Below, one piece after another: positions 25,257 through 36,570 of a DNA stretch of 64,000 nt. Position 1 is the first letter of the stretch, and each line of letters begins with the position of its first letter. The DNA lies in NCBI GenBank assembly GCA_964016885.1, contig OZ024740.1:360158001-360222000 (forward strand). Reading direction: 5' to 3'. Made by a program: the position numbers and the translations under genes. Under the pieces are notes generated by a model. The model searched no databases and was not told the DNA's origin. It was given only the letters and a program-made list of their open reading frames with translations. The stretch is from Eledone cirrhosa. Its lineage: Eukaryota.

Positions 25257-25368
25257 TGCTCTGAGGAAACAGTGGTCACAGCATTGGATATTCGAGTTCT
25301 GTAAATACTTGTGAATTTGCACGTAGCGGAACTAGGCTGCAGTACCACCGTGGAAACACTTGTAAGCA
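25257..25368 (+). ncRNA. Putative minimal type I hammerhead ribozyme motif
   Basis: tgct-CTGAGGA-aacagtggt...accaccgtg-GAAA-CACTTG-TA-agca: 4-bp stem I, intact core, stem II 7/9 paired but with an A.G closing pair. Confidence 0.6.
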
Positions 25369-25415
25369 CACGGAATAAATTACCTTTTTATGATGTCTAC
25401 CTGTTATTATTCATT

Positions 25416-25450
<35 letters not shown>

Positions 25451-25611
25451 TAGAATTTTATTTCTCACCCTAGCACAGCTGATACATAAATGTAAGTATC
25501 CATACGTACACACACACACGTGTGCTGAGGCGATAAAAACCTTTTCTAATCTGAACCTTAAAATTACTATAAATACTAACCTAACTAATGTATGTGTATA
25601 TATTTATATAT

Positions 25612-26735
25612 AATAATAATAATAATGAAATTATTGTGTAAAGTGCTCAGGTGCACTACAACTCATCAAAGGTGCATGTATAGTACATAGAATAATATAC
25701 AAATGTCAGGGAAGTGAACAGTGTATGAGTCATGATATACATGTGTGCGTGTGCATGGAGGGGGAATATGAGGTGTAGTGCTGGTGAATCTCAGGAAGCA
25801 TGGAGGTTTTAAAGGATGCAGTGTCTCGACAGCTAATAACTGATGCAAGTAGTTTGTTCCAAGCTTCAGCAACTCTGAGCGTGAAAAAAATGTTTCCAAA
25901 AGTCATGGGAGCTGTGCTGTTTTCTGACTTTGTTGGCATGCCCACATGTGTTAGACACATGGAAATCAAAAAGGTACTCAGGGTTGTTGTTGGCAAGATG
26001 GTTAATAATTTTGTGGGTGTTTACCAAGTCAGTTGCCAGACGTCGGAGCTTCAATGTATCCATGCCCAGGGAAGCAAGACGTTCAGAGTATGGTAGATGC
26101 CTGATGGAAGGTAGTCGCTTGGTTGCACATCTCTGAACAGTTTCCAGGCGGTCAATGTTCTAAGTAAGATGGGGGTTCCAGACTGATGATGAGAATTCCA
26201 AGTGTGGCCGCACCATAGCTATATACAGCTTTAGATAGATAGCTGGAGAGCGGCTGACAAAGGTCTTGCTGAGTGATGCTAAGACATCCTCGGCCTTCTT
26301 GATAATTTTAGAGACGTGCTTCATCCAACGCAAATTGCTGCTGACAGTAATGCCCAGGTCACGTTCACAAGAAGACTTCTTGATATTAGTGTTGTGGAGG
26401 GAGTATGTGGACGCTGGGTTTTTCCTCCCAAAATGCATGGTGGTACACTTGTCCACAGCCAGCTTGAGTCGCCAGTCCGTGATCCATTGTTGCATTGTTT
26501 CCAGGAAAAATTGCAGGCAAGATCTATAGTGTTCAGGATCTGTCCTTTTTATCTCAAGGTACAGCTTGATGTCATCTGCATATTTCAGTACTGTGGCATT
26601 CTTTAAGTTGGCATCTATGTCATTAATATATGCCACAAACAAAAGGGGGCCCAGAACAGATCCTTGTGGTACACCAGATGACATCTCATACGGTGAGGAA
26701 TGCTGTCCTAGAACCGTGACTACCTCTCTTTGACT
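25612..26735 (-). mobile_element. CR1-like LINE, 5'-truncated RT C-terminus with 3' UTR and (TTA)n tail
   Basis: SGVPQGSVLGPLLFVAYIND, KYADD, ERDLGI, VRPHLEFSSSVWNP and LKLRRL..DL. Confidence 0.92.
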
Positions 26736-27909
26736 GAGAATATGTATGTTTATGTGCATGTATGTATGTATATGCATGTGTAATCTGTGTGCTTTTGCAT
26801 GTGCCTATGCACGCAATAGGCTGTGCTCTACCTCCTTGCATTGTCTCTCAATCTTAAACCCTCAAGCTATCCACTTAGATGATATGATACCACACATCAG
26901 GAAGTCTAGCTCTCACAACACAACATAAAAAACAAAAAAATAATAATAATCAAGAAAATTCCAAGCCATTAAAGAAATAAGTGAAATGAATCCAAAATGA
27001 AAAATACAAATATAATATCAGAAAATATAACAAAAGGTGATGCAAAAGGTATAAACCTCAGTGTCATTATTTACATACAAATAAATATAATATATACACA
27101 CGAATGCAAAACATAATTAAATATATACACAAATCTACATGTACACATAAAATCATCCATGCAATCAGAGATTTGCAAAATCAATTAACGAAATCGTGAC
27201 TTACCTATGTTGACCGTCCTTAAGAATGTGATCATCCTTCAAGGCCAACGCAGAGAAAGTAAAAGATAAAGACAGAAAAGATCACTAGCTATGGCATTTT
27301 AAATTAAGACAAGCAAAAGCCTTTAAAAATTCAGTACCTCTAAACAAAGATAAATTTCTCCCAAGTAGGTCAGATCAGACAGTAGCAGAGATCTCCCTTT
27401 AATTACCACTTAAGTGCAAATAGGTTAATTTCTACAGGTTTAATATAAAATTATAGATTCCTTTTTTTTTTTAAACTACTACTTCAAGGCAAATATACTA
27501 AATTTTCTTAGATCTCAAAGCAATAAATAAAATTAAGATTAAATTAAATTCTAGGCTATACGCTTCACAAAACAAACTGAAATTAACCCAACAAAATTTT
27601 CTTAGAATCTCTCTTAAATATTCTACTACCTTAATGCAAATAAGTTAATTTCAAAGTCTTATGCCTTTCATTTGCAAACTAGAAATAATCATAAATTTTC
27701 CCAGAATCTCCCTTTTAGCACCAAGGCACTGACAAAAAAGGCGTACCGGAAATTCTTCTTTATATCCACACCTTTAAAATTTTTTCACCACCTCCGTAAA
27801 AACATTAATCTGGATACTTATCCTACAGTAACATATAATTTAACTAGAAAACATGTATCCTACAGATATTGGTGCACAGCTACATGCAAAGGCATCTAAT
27901 CCACCTTAG

Positions 27910-28118
27910 CCCATAAGCAGTTAAACTGGCCATATCCGGTCAGAATTCTCTCACCTCTTTCTGTTCAAACTAGCCATAACTAGCCACTCAACTGATGTTA
28001 CAGTATTGTTTTCAAAATAAATAATATCAAAATCTCATAGATTCAATATTATGTGAGATAAAGCATTTACCACGAAAATAAAATAGTATATATATAGAGT
28101 AATGTAAATGCTAAAGGG
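27910..28118. mobile_element. piggyBac-type MITE copy 2
   Basis: Homologous to 22142-22349 (cagaattctct..cctctttctgttcaaact..aaaatctcatagattc); ends aatgctaaaggg followed by TTAA. Confidence 0.7.
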
Positions 28119-28941
28119 TTAAATTAAAGTTCTTTAGTCTTATTATAGACCTTTGTTACTATCGTCTCGCCTTCTATTTCAATAGTGACATCTAAATAAT
28201 TAACCTTACTAACATCACATCCATTCCTATTCACCTATAAACTCTTCGGATAGATCTTGAGTAGCAAACCCTTGAAATGCTTATAATTAGAAACAAATAT
28301 ATTATCGATATACCTACAATATCCACCCAACTGCCTAATTAGGCCTATGCTTCTAAGCTTCCTTAACACCTCTAGATAGTCAAACTCACATGAGGATATT
28401 TATAACCGCCCATTGGTATGCCTCTGACCTGCCTGAAAACATTACCTGTGACTGTAATGTAAGAATTATTTATTTTAAAACAGACCTAAGCTTAACATTT
28501 GTCCAATTATCGTATCTATTTATTGTACCTTACTCTAGCCATATATATATATATACATATACGTGTGTGTATCATCATCGTTTTACATCCATTCTTCCAC
28601 GCTAGCATGGGTTAGACAGGTTGCCCATACATATATATACACAGGTTGGAGAGGACTCTTAAGTCTGATAAGACAACCTCTCTAGTGCTGGTGGCATGAA
28701 CAATGTGGCCAGGACATGCTGTAAAGTGTTGGTGATAGGAAGGGCATTCTGCCAGTAAAACCCATCAAAAAATCACGATGATGATCATCATCATGTCTAA
28801 CCCAAAAACAATGATGATGAGTATATATATATATATATATATAAAAGTTTACATATATATATACATACATATACATATACGTGTTTTGCAACTGGTCACT
28901 TTGTGGCTCAATGAAAAATTAATAAATTAAACAATCAGAGC

Positions 28942-29570
28942 TATATATCATAAAACATGTCTATAGAATCACAAGATAAAATATATACTATTTCCTCTCC
29001 GAATTAGCTTAATTAACCATATAAAAAATCGAATAGACCAGGCTATAAGAATGAGGCTTCTATGAAGAAATCTCCGACAAATAACCAAAACTAGCGCTTC
29101 GCGTCGGCCGTAGCGGAATATTTATCGAATATTTCGACAGCGTAATCGCCTAGATATAGTCAACTAAGCAGAATTAGGTTTAAAATAAACTAGGAGAAAA
29201 TAGAATACACTTAAATACCTCTACCATGGTTTCGTCCGTATTTTGAGTATTCCAATAATTATGTAATAATTATATAAACTCGAGCGCCGGATTCATCAGG
29301 AAGCTCGCTCATATCTAGACACTAAATTTTACACCTAATTCTGCTTAGTTGACTATATCTAGGCGATTACGCTGTCGAAATATTCGATAAATATTCCGCT
29401 ACGGCCGACGCGAAGCGCTAGTTTTGGTTATTTGTCGGAGATTTCTTCATAGAAGCCTCATTCTTATAGCCTGGTCTATTCGATTTTTTATATGGTTAAT
29501 TATGCTAATTGGGAGAGGAAATAGTATATATTTTATCTTGTGATTCTATAGACATGTTTTATGATATATA
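28942..29570. mobile_element. Foldback element: ~245-bp inverted repeats around a 139-bp spacer
   Basis: 28942-29186 versus 29326-29570 are reverse complements with about 3 mismatches seen; CpG-rich; TA-rich flanks. Confidence 0.85.
29217..29304 (-). ncRNA. Putative minimal type I hammerhead ribozyme in the foldback loop
   Basis: gcttc-CTGATGA-atccg...cggac-GAAA-CCATGG-TA-gaggt: intact core, palindromic short stem III, 5-bp stem I, A.C at the 10.1/11.1 pair. Confidence 0.7.
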
Positions 29571-29601
29571 TATATATATATAAACATTTATATATACATA
29601 T

Positions 29602-29654
<53 letters not shown>

Positions 29655-29683
29655 TATATATATATATATACACACACACACAA

Positions 29684-29716
<33 letters not shown>

Positions 29717-29717
29717 A

Positions 29718-29750
<33 letters not shown>

Positions 29751-29807
29751 TATATATATATATATACACACACACACATATATATATATATATACACACA
29801 CACACAA

Positions 29808-29838
<31 letters not shown>

Positions 29839-29839
29839 A

Positions 29840-29872
<33 letters not shown>

Positions 29873-29887
29873 TATATATATATATAT

Positions 29888-29936
<49 letters not shown>

Positions 29937-29959
29937 TATATATATATATATACACACAC
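29562..29959. repeat. Compound (TA)n/(CA)n microsatellite
   Basis: Alternating TA and CA runs directly preceding RTE copy A2. Confidence 0.95.
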
Positions 29960-32257
29960 AGAAAGTTCAAGCATGTTCTACAACGCGATGACCAAAAACG
30001 TGAGGTGTTCAGGATTGCTAGGCAATGCGTCAAGGAAAACCGTGATATTGTCGGGGAGAAGTGTGTACTAAACGACGATGGCACACTTGCCATCACCGAC
30101 GCTGATAAGAAGGTAGCTTGGAAGTGTCACTATGAAAGGCTTCTAAATGAGGAGAATAATTGGGAGAAAGGCAGTCTCCCCCATATCGACCCAATAGAGG
30201 GACCAGCAGTGTTAGTCGAGGGGAGTATAATAAGTAAGGCAATCAAGGATATGAAGACTGGTAAGGCGGCTGGGCCTTCGGAAATAGTTGCTGAGATGCT
30301 GAAGGCATCTGGCACGGTGGGACACACCATGGTCACCCGCATAGTTAACCAAGTCGTACAGAATGGGGTTGTTCCGAAGGACTGGCATAGCAGCATCATC
30401 GTTAACTGTTATAAGGGTAAAGGAGACGCCCTAGATAGGAGTAACTATAGAGGCATTAAATTAATCGACCAGGTCATGAAGGTCACGGAAAGAGTAATAG
30501 CGCAACTAATCAGAGAGAGAATTGACCTAGATGAAATGCAGTTCGGGTTTGTGTCAGGCAAAAGTACCACAGACGCTCTTTTCATAGTACGACAACTACA
30601 GGAGAAGTACCTAGCTAAAGGTAAACCCCTCTACTTAGCTTTTGTCGACTTGGAGAAAGCCTTCGACAGAGTCCCCCGCTCCATTATCTGGTGGGCTCTT
30701 AGAAAACTAGGCGTTGACGAATGGCTTGTGAGGGCTATACAAGCCATGTATAAAGAAACAGTCAGCAAGGTTAGAATTAACAACGAATATAGTGAAGAGT
30801 TTAGCGTAAAAGTTGGCGTCCATCAGGGCTCTGTTCTCAGTCCACTACTATTTATTATTGCCCTTCAGGCTATAACAGAGGAGTTCAAGACAGGCTGCCC
30901 ATGGGAACTCCTATACGCAGACGACCTGACACTCATAGCGGAATCAATGGCCGAGCTAGAGAAGAAATTCCAAACATGGAAGCACGGCCTAGAGTCAAAA
31001 GGACTTAAAATTAACCTGGCTAAGACCAAAGTACTAGTTTGTAGGAAAGAAAACAAGGCGGCGGTCCCTTCTGGGAAATGGTCGTGCTCGGTGTGTAGGA
31101 AAGGCGTAGGTAGAAACTCCATTTTATGTCCTAAATGCAAAGTATGGGTGCATAAAAGATGTAGTGGGATCACAGGTAAGCTAACTAAGAACATAGATTT
31201 TACATGTGGCCGGTGCTCTGGTGCAATAAGTAGCAGCAAGTGCCCACAAACTACTAGCTCTTTCAATTGCGCAGAGGGTTCTATAGAAATAGTGGACAGC
31301 TTCCGTTACCTGGGCGATAAAATCAGCAGTGGGGGAGGGTGCTCTGAAAGTACTGTAGCTAGAGTCAGAACTGGTTGGAAAAAGTTCAGAGAGCTTATAC
31401 CACTATTAGCTGCTAAAGGGTTCTCACTAAAAATGAAAGGCAGGTTGTACGATGCCTGCATACGAACAGCAATGCTGCATGGCAGTGAGACCTGGGCATT
31501 GTGTGCAGAGGATATACGCAGACTAGAGAGGAACGAAGCTTGCATGCTCCGCTGGATGTGTAACAGTAATATACGTGAACGGCAAAGCATAAACGAACTA
31601 AGGAAAAAATTAGAGATAAGAGGGATCAGATGTTGTTTACTCGAGAGAAGGCTACGTTGGTATGGACACGTGATGCGCATGAAAGTCGATAGCTGTATAA
31701 CAAAGTGCAGGGCAATAAAGATAGACGGTAGTCACGGAATAGGCAGACCTAGAAAAACCTGGGACGAGCTGATAAACTCCGACATCACACACTTACACCT
31801 CTCCAAGACAATGTCACTGGACCGAGACCTTTGGCGGTACTCAGTAACAGAGAAGACCCGCCTTACCTAAATATATAGTAAAACCTACTCCAGCCAGTAG
31901 GCATCTCTAACAAAATACACCCCGTCCCACCACCACCACCCCCACCCCGTTCTATGTAAAGTTATGTTGGTGCCGCGCCATCGAGGCCGAAACAAATGAG
32001 ATCGTGTAGGTGTCACGACAAAAAAACACACAGTCCACGCTGTAATGTGGCTGTGTAGGCAACACGGTAAAAACCTCCCAGACCCACACTGTAAATGTGG
32101 TTGGTGTTAGGAAGGGCATCCAACTGTAGAAAACCTGCCAGACAGTCCTATGCGAGCAAGACAATCACTCTTGCCTCAAGTGGGACTACCCCCGTCCAAA
32201 CCCATGCAAGCGTGGAACACGGACGTTAAACGTTGATGATGATGATGATGATGATGA
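29960..32257 (+). mobile_element. RTE LINE family A copy 2 (5'-truncated, uninterrupted RT-PHD ORF to 31870)
   Basis: Continuous frame from RKFKHVLQ to EKTRLT*, with [28 protein letters not shown] and FRYLG; (GAT)n tail. Confidence 0.96.
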
Positions 32258-32268
32258 CACACACACAA

Positions 32269-32299
<31 letters not shown>

Positions 32300-32599
32300 T
32301 ATATATAATATAATGACTGCTTCAAGGTTTTGAGAATTGCCATCCCTTAACCTTTTTCCTACACACGCGTGGCATAAACATGACCTTTTAGTCTTAACAA
32401 TAACTTAGATTCCTTTCTACATTTGCTGCAGCAAAAGAAAAAGGAAAAGGCCATGCTCACGTAACACACGTGATTGAAGCTTTTTCAAGTGAAGAAAGGC
32501 CTTGCACTGGACCAATCCCACTTTCTTAACCATGGTGACAGGGATCCAAAAAGAAGAACAGGTCAACATCATCAGTTGCCATCAAGTGGCTGGGGGTAT

Positions 32600-33997
32600 G
32601 GAAGGAGTGGGAGGATAGTGGTTAAGAGGTGCATACTAGATGTATACTTCAGGAAGGCGGGTCTCAATTTTGTGTCATTGTCTTTGAGAGGTGCAATTGT
32701 GCAAGGCCAGCTTCATCCCAAGTCTTCCTACTCCATAAGTTCCATCAACTTTGATCGCCCTGAACCTTTTTATACAGCTGTCATCCTTCATAGGCATCAC
32801 ATGACCATACCAACACAATCTCCTCTCTAACACACTGCATCTGATCCTGCTTATGCCTGATTTTTCTTTCAGTTCATTTACGCTTTGGTGTTCATGTATA
32901 TTACTATTACACATCCATCGGAGTATGTATGCTTCATTTCTTTCCAATCTTAGGTCCTCTGCACACAGTGCCCAGGTTTCACTACCATGTAACATTTCTG
33001 TTTGTATACATGCATTGTACAATCTGCCCTTCATTTTGAGGGAAAAACCTTTTGCAGCCAACAGCAATAGTAGCTCTCTGAACTTTCTCCATCCTGTTCT
33101 TACTCTAGCTACTGTACTTTTGGAACACCCTCTTCCACTGCTGTTTTCATCACCCAGGTAACGGAAAGTGTTGACTATTTCTATAGAACCGTCTGGGCAT
33201 GTGAAGGAACTAGTATCCTGTGGGCACTTGCTACTTACTGCACCTGAGCATCAGCTGCATATAAAACCTACGTTCTTTGATAGCCTGTGATCCCACTACA
33301 TCTTTTATGTACCCATAACTTGCATTTGGGACATAGGATCAAATTTTTATCCACACCTTTCCTGCAGATTGAGCAAGGCCATTTCCCAGAGGGAATCTGG
33401 GCCCTATTTTCCTTTCTACATACGAGAACTTTAGGACCTTTTGATTTAAGGCCATGCTTCGAGGTTTGGAATTTCTTCTCTAATTCTGCCATAGATTCAG
33501 CTATGAGAGATCATCTATATACAAAAGTTCCCCATGTGCAGCCGGTCTTAAACTCTTTTGTTATAGCCTGTAGGGCAATAACAAACAGAAGAGGGCTAAG
33601 GGCGGAGCCCTGATGAACACCTACCTGAATGTTAATTCTAACCTTGCTGACTGTTCCTCTATAGCTTTCACAAGTCACTCATCTACTCCTAGTTTTTTAA
33701 GAGCCCACCAGATAAAGGAACGGGGGGACTCTCTCAAAGGCTTTCTCCAAGTCAACAAAAACTAAGTAGGGGGTTTACTTTTAGCTAGGTACTTCTCCTG
33801 CAGTTACCTCATGAGGAAGAGAGCATCCATAGTACTTTTACTAGACACAAATCCAAATTGCATTTCATTAAGGTTACCTTGGTCCCTAATCAGCTGGCGA
33901 TAACTCTTTTTTGTGACCTTCATGACTTGGTCAACCAACGTAATGCCTCTATAGTTTTCTCTGTCTAGAGCATCTCCTTTGCCCTTGTAGCAGTTGT
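32600..33997 (-). mobile_element. Degraded RTE LINE family D (RT plus PHD fragments)
   Basis: [45 protein letters not shown] and LHGSETW, with frameshifts. Confidence 0.88.
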
Positions 33998-34433
33998 TAT
34001 TATTTCAAATGCTTCAAACATAGATTACATCTAGTTCTACTGCCTCCATACAGTTTTACTGAATTAATAATACTCCATCTAATAGAGTACTGAATATCAT
34101 CTTTTATTTTAGTCCAGATTATATTAGCTAATGAGGTAAATTTTTAAAATGTTTCCTTCTTAAAAAGAGTGTAAATGCACATAAACCCTAGTAATGTAAT
34201 TAAATGATCTATTTACAAGTTAAGACCTCACACTTATATACTACTAAGACAATATCCCCTAAGGCAGCAAGAATCAGGGACCTTACAATTGGTTACCAGA
34301 TTATTAGTATTTAGAGGTTCATTTAATATATTACTCTGGTACGATAGAGTTACTAGTATTCAATAGCCCACAATAATCATTAACCTCATTACTCCACACA
34401 TTATTATCTACAATATTACTACTACTATTGTTA

Positions 34434-34862
34434 TATGGAGGCACATGGCTTATGGAGGCACATAGCTTATGGAGGTACATGGCTATGGAGGCACATGGCT
34501 TATGGAGGCACATGGCTTATGGAGGCACATGGCTATGGAGGCACATGGCGGCATTGGCCTTGCAATCGAAAGGTTGTGAGTTCAATTCTCAGACCGGGTG
34601 ATGTGTTGTTTCCTTGAGTAAGACACTTTATTTCACATTGCTCCAGTTTACTCAGCTATAGAAATAAGATGATAGGACTGGGGTCCCTATCATTCCACTG
34701 CAAAGTGGTCATGGAGTGCCACAGCAAAAAATCACCCAGCACTCACTGTAAAATGAGGTTGGTGTTAGGAAGGGCAACCAGCTGTAGAAATCAAGCCAGA
34801 ATCAGTTCCCGTTCCACCCTTGCAAGCAAGGAAAAAAGCGGACGTAAAATGAAATGAAATGA
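34434..34862 (+). mobile_element. Composite SINE (tRNA head, CORE-like block, shared GGAAGGGCATCC module, RTE tail) with a 7x amplified 5' head
   Basis: Seven copies of tatggaggcacatggc(t); B-box gagttcaattc; ccttgagtaagacacttta; tail cccttgcaagcaagg..gcggacgtaaaatgaaatga. Homologous to 54686-55030. Confidence 0.85.
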
Positions 34863-34899
34863 TTGTTATATTCATTATCTAAAACCGTGGGATCGTTAG

Positions 34900-35700
34900 A
34901 TTGTTTATTATTTTAAATAGGAGTTGTTTGTTCTAGTTTATATAAGTTTATATATATATTTTTTTTTTCAAAGCCAAGTTTTCAGCTAAATTAGGTGTGG
35001 TGGAGAATGATAACTTAACAGTTTTTTGCTTATTATACTATCATATATTGGGAAAGTTTTTTTTTCTAAAATGCTAAAAATATTTTTGGTATATGGGACA
35101 CTATTTGTATTCCATTTGGAGGGTTAAACCTAATACATTTTTACTTTTATTACTTACTTTGATTTACTAAATCTTTAACTAATGAATCATTTACTAGTGG
35201 ATTGATATCATTATTATTATAACTAAATCTTTTTTTCCCTACTAGTTTTGACAGTGTCTTTATTAAAATTAAGTTTTCTATTTATATTAACATTATTATA
35301 AATAGGCTTAGAAATACATTTATGTGTAAAAATCCTATTATTAGCTAACTTAAAAGTAGGGTTAAATTGTATTTCCTCATTATACTCTGATCTCATAAGA
35401 GCTTCATTATAATATTTAGTGTTTTGGGTGAATATATCTTTATGGCCGACAGTTTAGAAACTCTACCTGATACATTATTGATAATAGATTCAATAGATTT
35501 TTGAATTTTTATGCAAGCAATATAAAAATTCACCAGTTTTATGATAGGGTCTATAAAGTTTAGTATTTAAATCAAGTGTAACATCCAAGAAATTAACTAT
35601 CTTTGTATTATGTTCTATCATTATAGCTAGGTTATAGTTTTTAAAGAATGTATACGTGTTTTCTAACTCTCTCAAAGGCAGAATTACTAAAAATGTTGAA
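34900..35700 (-). mobile_element. Penelope-like element RT remnant
   Basis: FFKNYNLAIMIEHNTKIVNFLDVTLDLNTKLYRPYHK..Y.H..S resembles the Penelope RT C-terminal motif. Confidence 0.65.
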
Positions 35701-35889
35701 GGTAAATTGAGCATCATCTCTCTCTCTATATAAACACACATATACAAGAAAACGACAACGGAATAACGAACAGTCCCTTCTCTTCAGTCAACTTCTGGCA
35801 ATCCCTATAATTCCGGTGCATTAAAGTTGATACTATTTATTCCAGTACACATGGGACGCAACAAAACAGCGACATCCACGAAATAAGAC

Positions 35890-36570
35890 TATCAGATGTC
35901 AGGCCTTCTGTCTCCAGTTCGCTCTCCATTAATGCAGAGTTGAATAGGATTGCCAAAGCAGCAGTAGTTGTCTAAGCTGAAACGGAGGGACTGGAAAAAA
36001 AAACACAGCCTCATCAAGAAGACTAAACTGCGAGTCTACTAAGCCCACTCATCTATAGTAGCGAGGAATAGACAACATACGTGAATCATGAAAAGAAACT
36101 GTATCTTTCATTTGAGGTGCCCCAGACGCATTCTTTACATCCGATGGCAGGAAAAGGTGCCAAACACAGATGTCTTGGAATGTGGAAAGATGGGCAGCAG
36201 GTTCACCATTCTCAGCGAGAGGCGTCTTCATTAGATTGGCTACGTCAGGCGAATGCCTTCAGGTCACATTCCTAAAGGCTCACAACTTGCGGGACAGAGA
36301 TATCTGCAAGAAAGACTGTGAAACATCAACACCTGGTGACGATGCGCAGCTTGGAGTCTCACTGTCAGAAAGTGTGTACAGACAGCAGTGCAGGCTTTGC
36401 TGACAAAAGAGCGAGATGGAAGAAGCGACAATGACAGGCCTCAACAGGTGTCATTTATCTACAGCAATGCAGTAGAGACTGCCATACTGGTATTAGACTG
36501 TTCAGTCACTCGCGGAAGTGCAGATGAATACATTGTCTCATCGCTTCTCGTAGACGAATGAATGTCAGTC
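35890..36570 (+). mobile_element. Degraded RTE/BovB-like LINE 3' end with a C-terminal zinc knuckle
   Basis: RCLGMWKDG, GRPQ-like and DICKKD remnants; terminal QCSRDCHTGIRLFSHSRKC. Confidence 0.6.

Noticed and set aside
29561-29959. Poly-IY/HT N-terminal extensions on RT ORFs (also 55172 and 57689)
   Set aside because: Chance in-frame read-through of flanking microsatellite into truncated LINE ORFs; no evidence of a real fusion protein.
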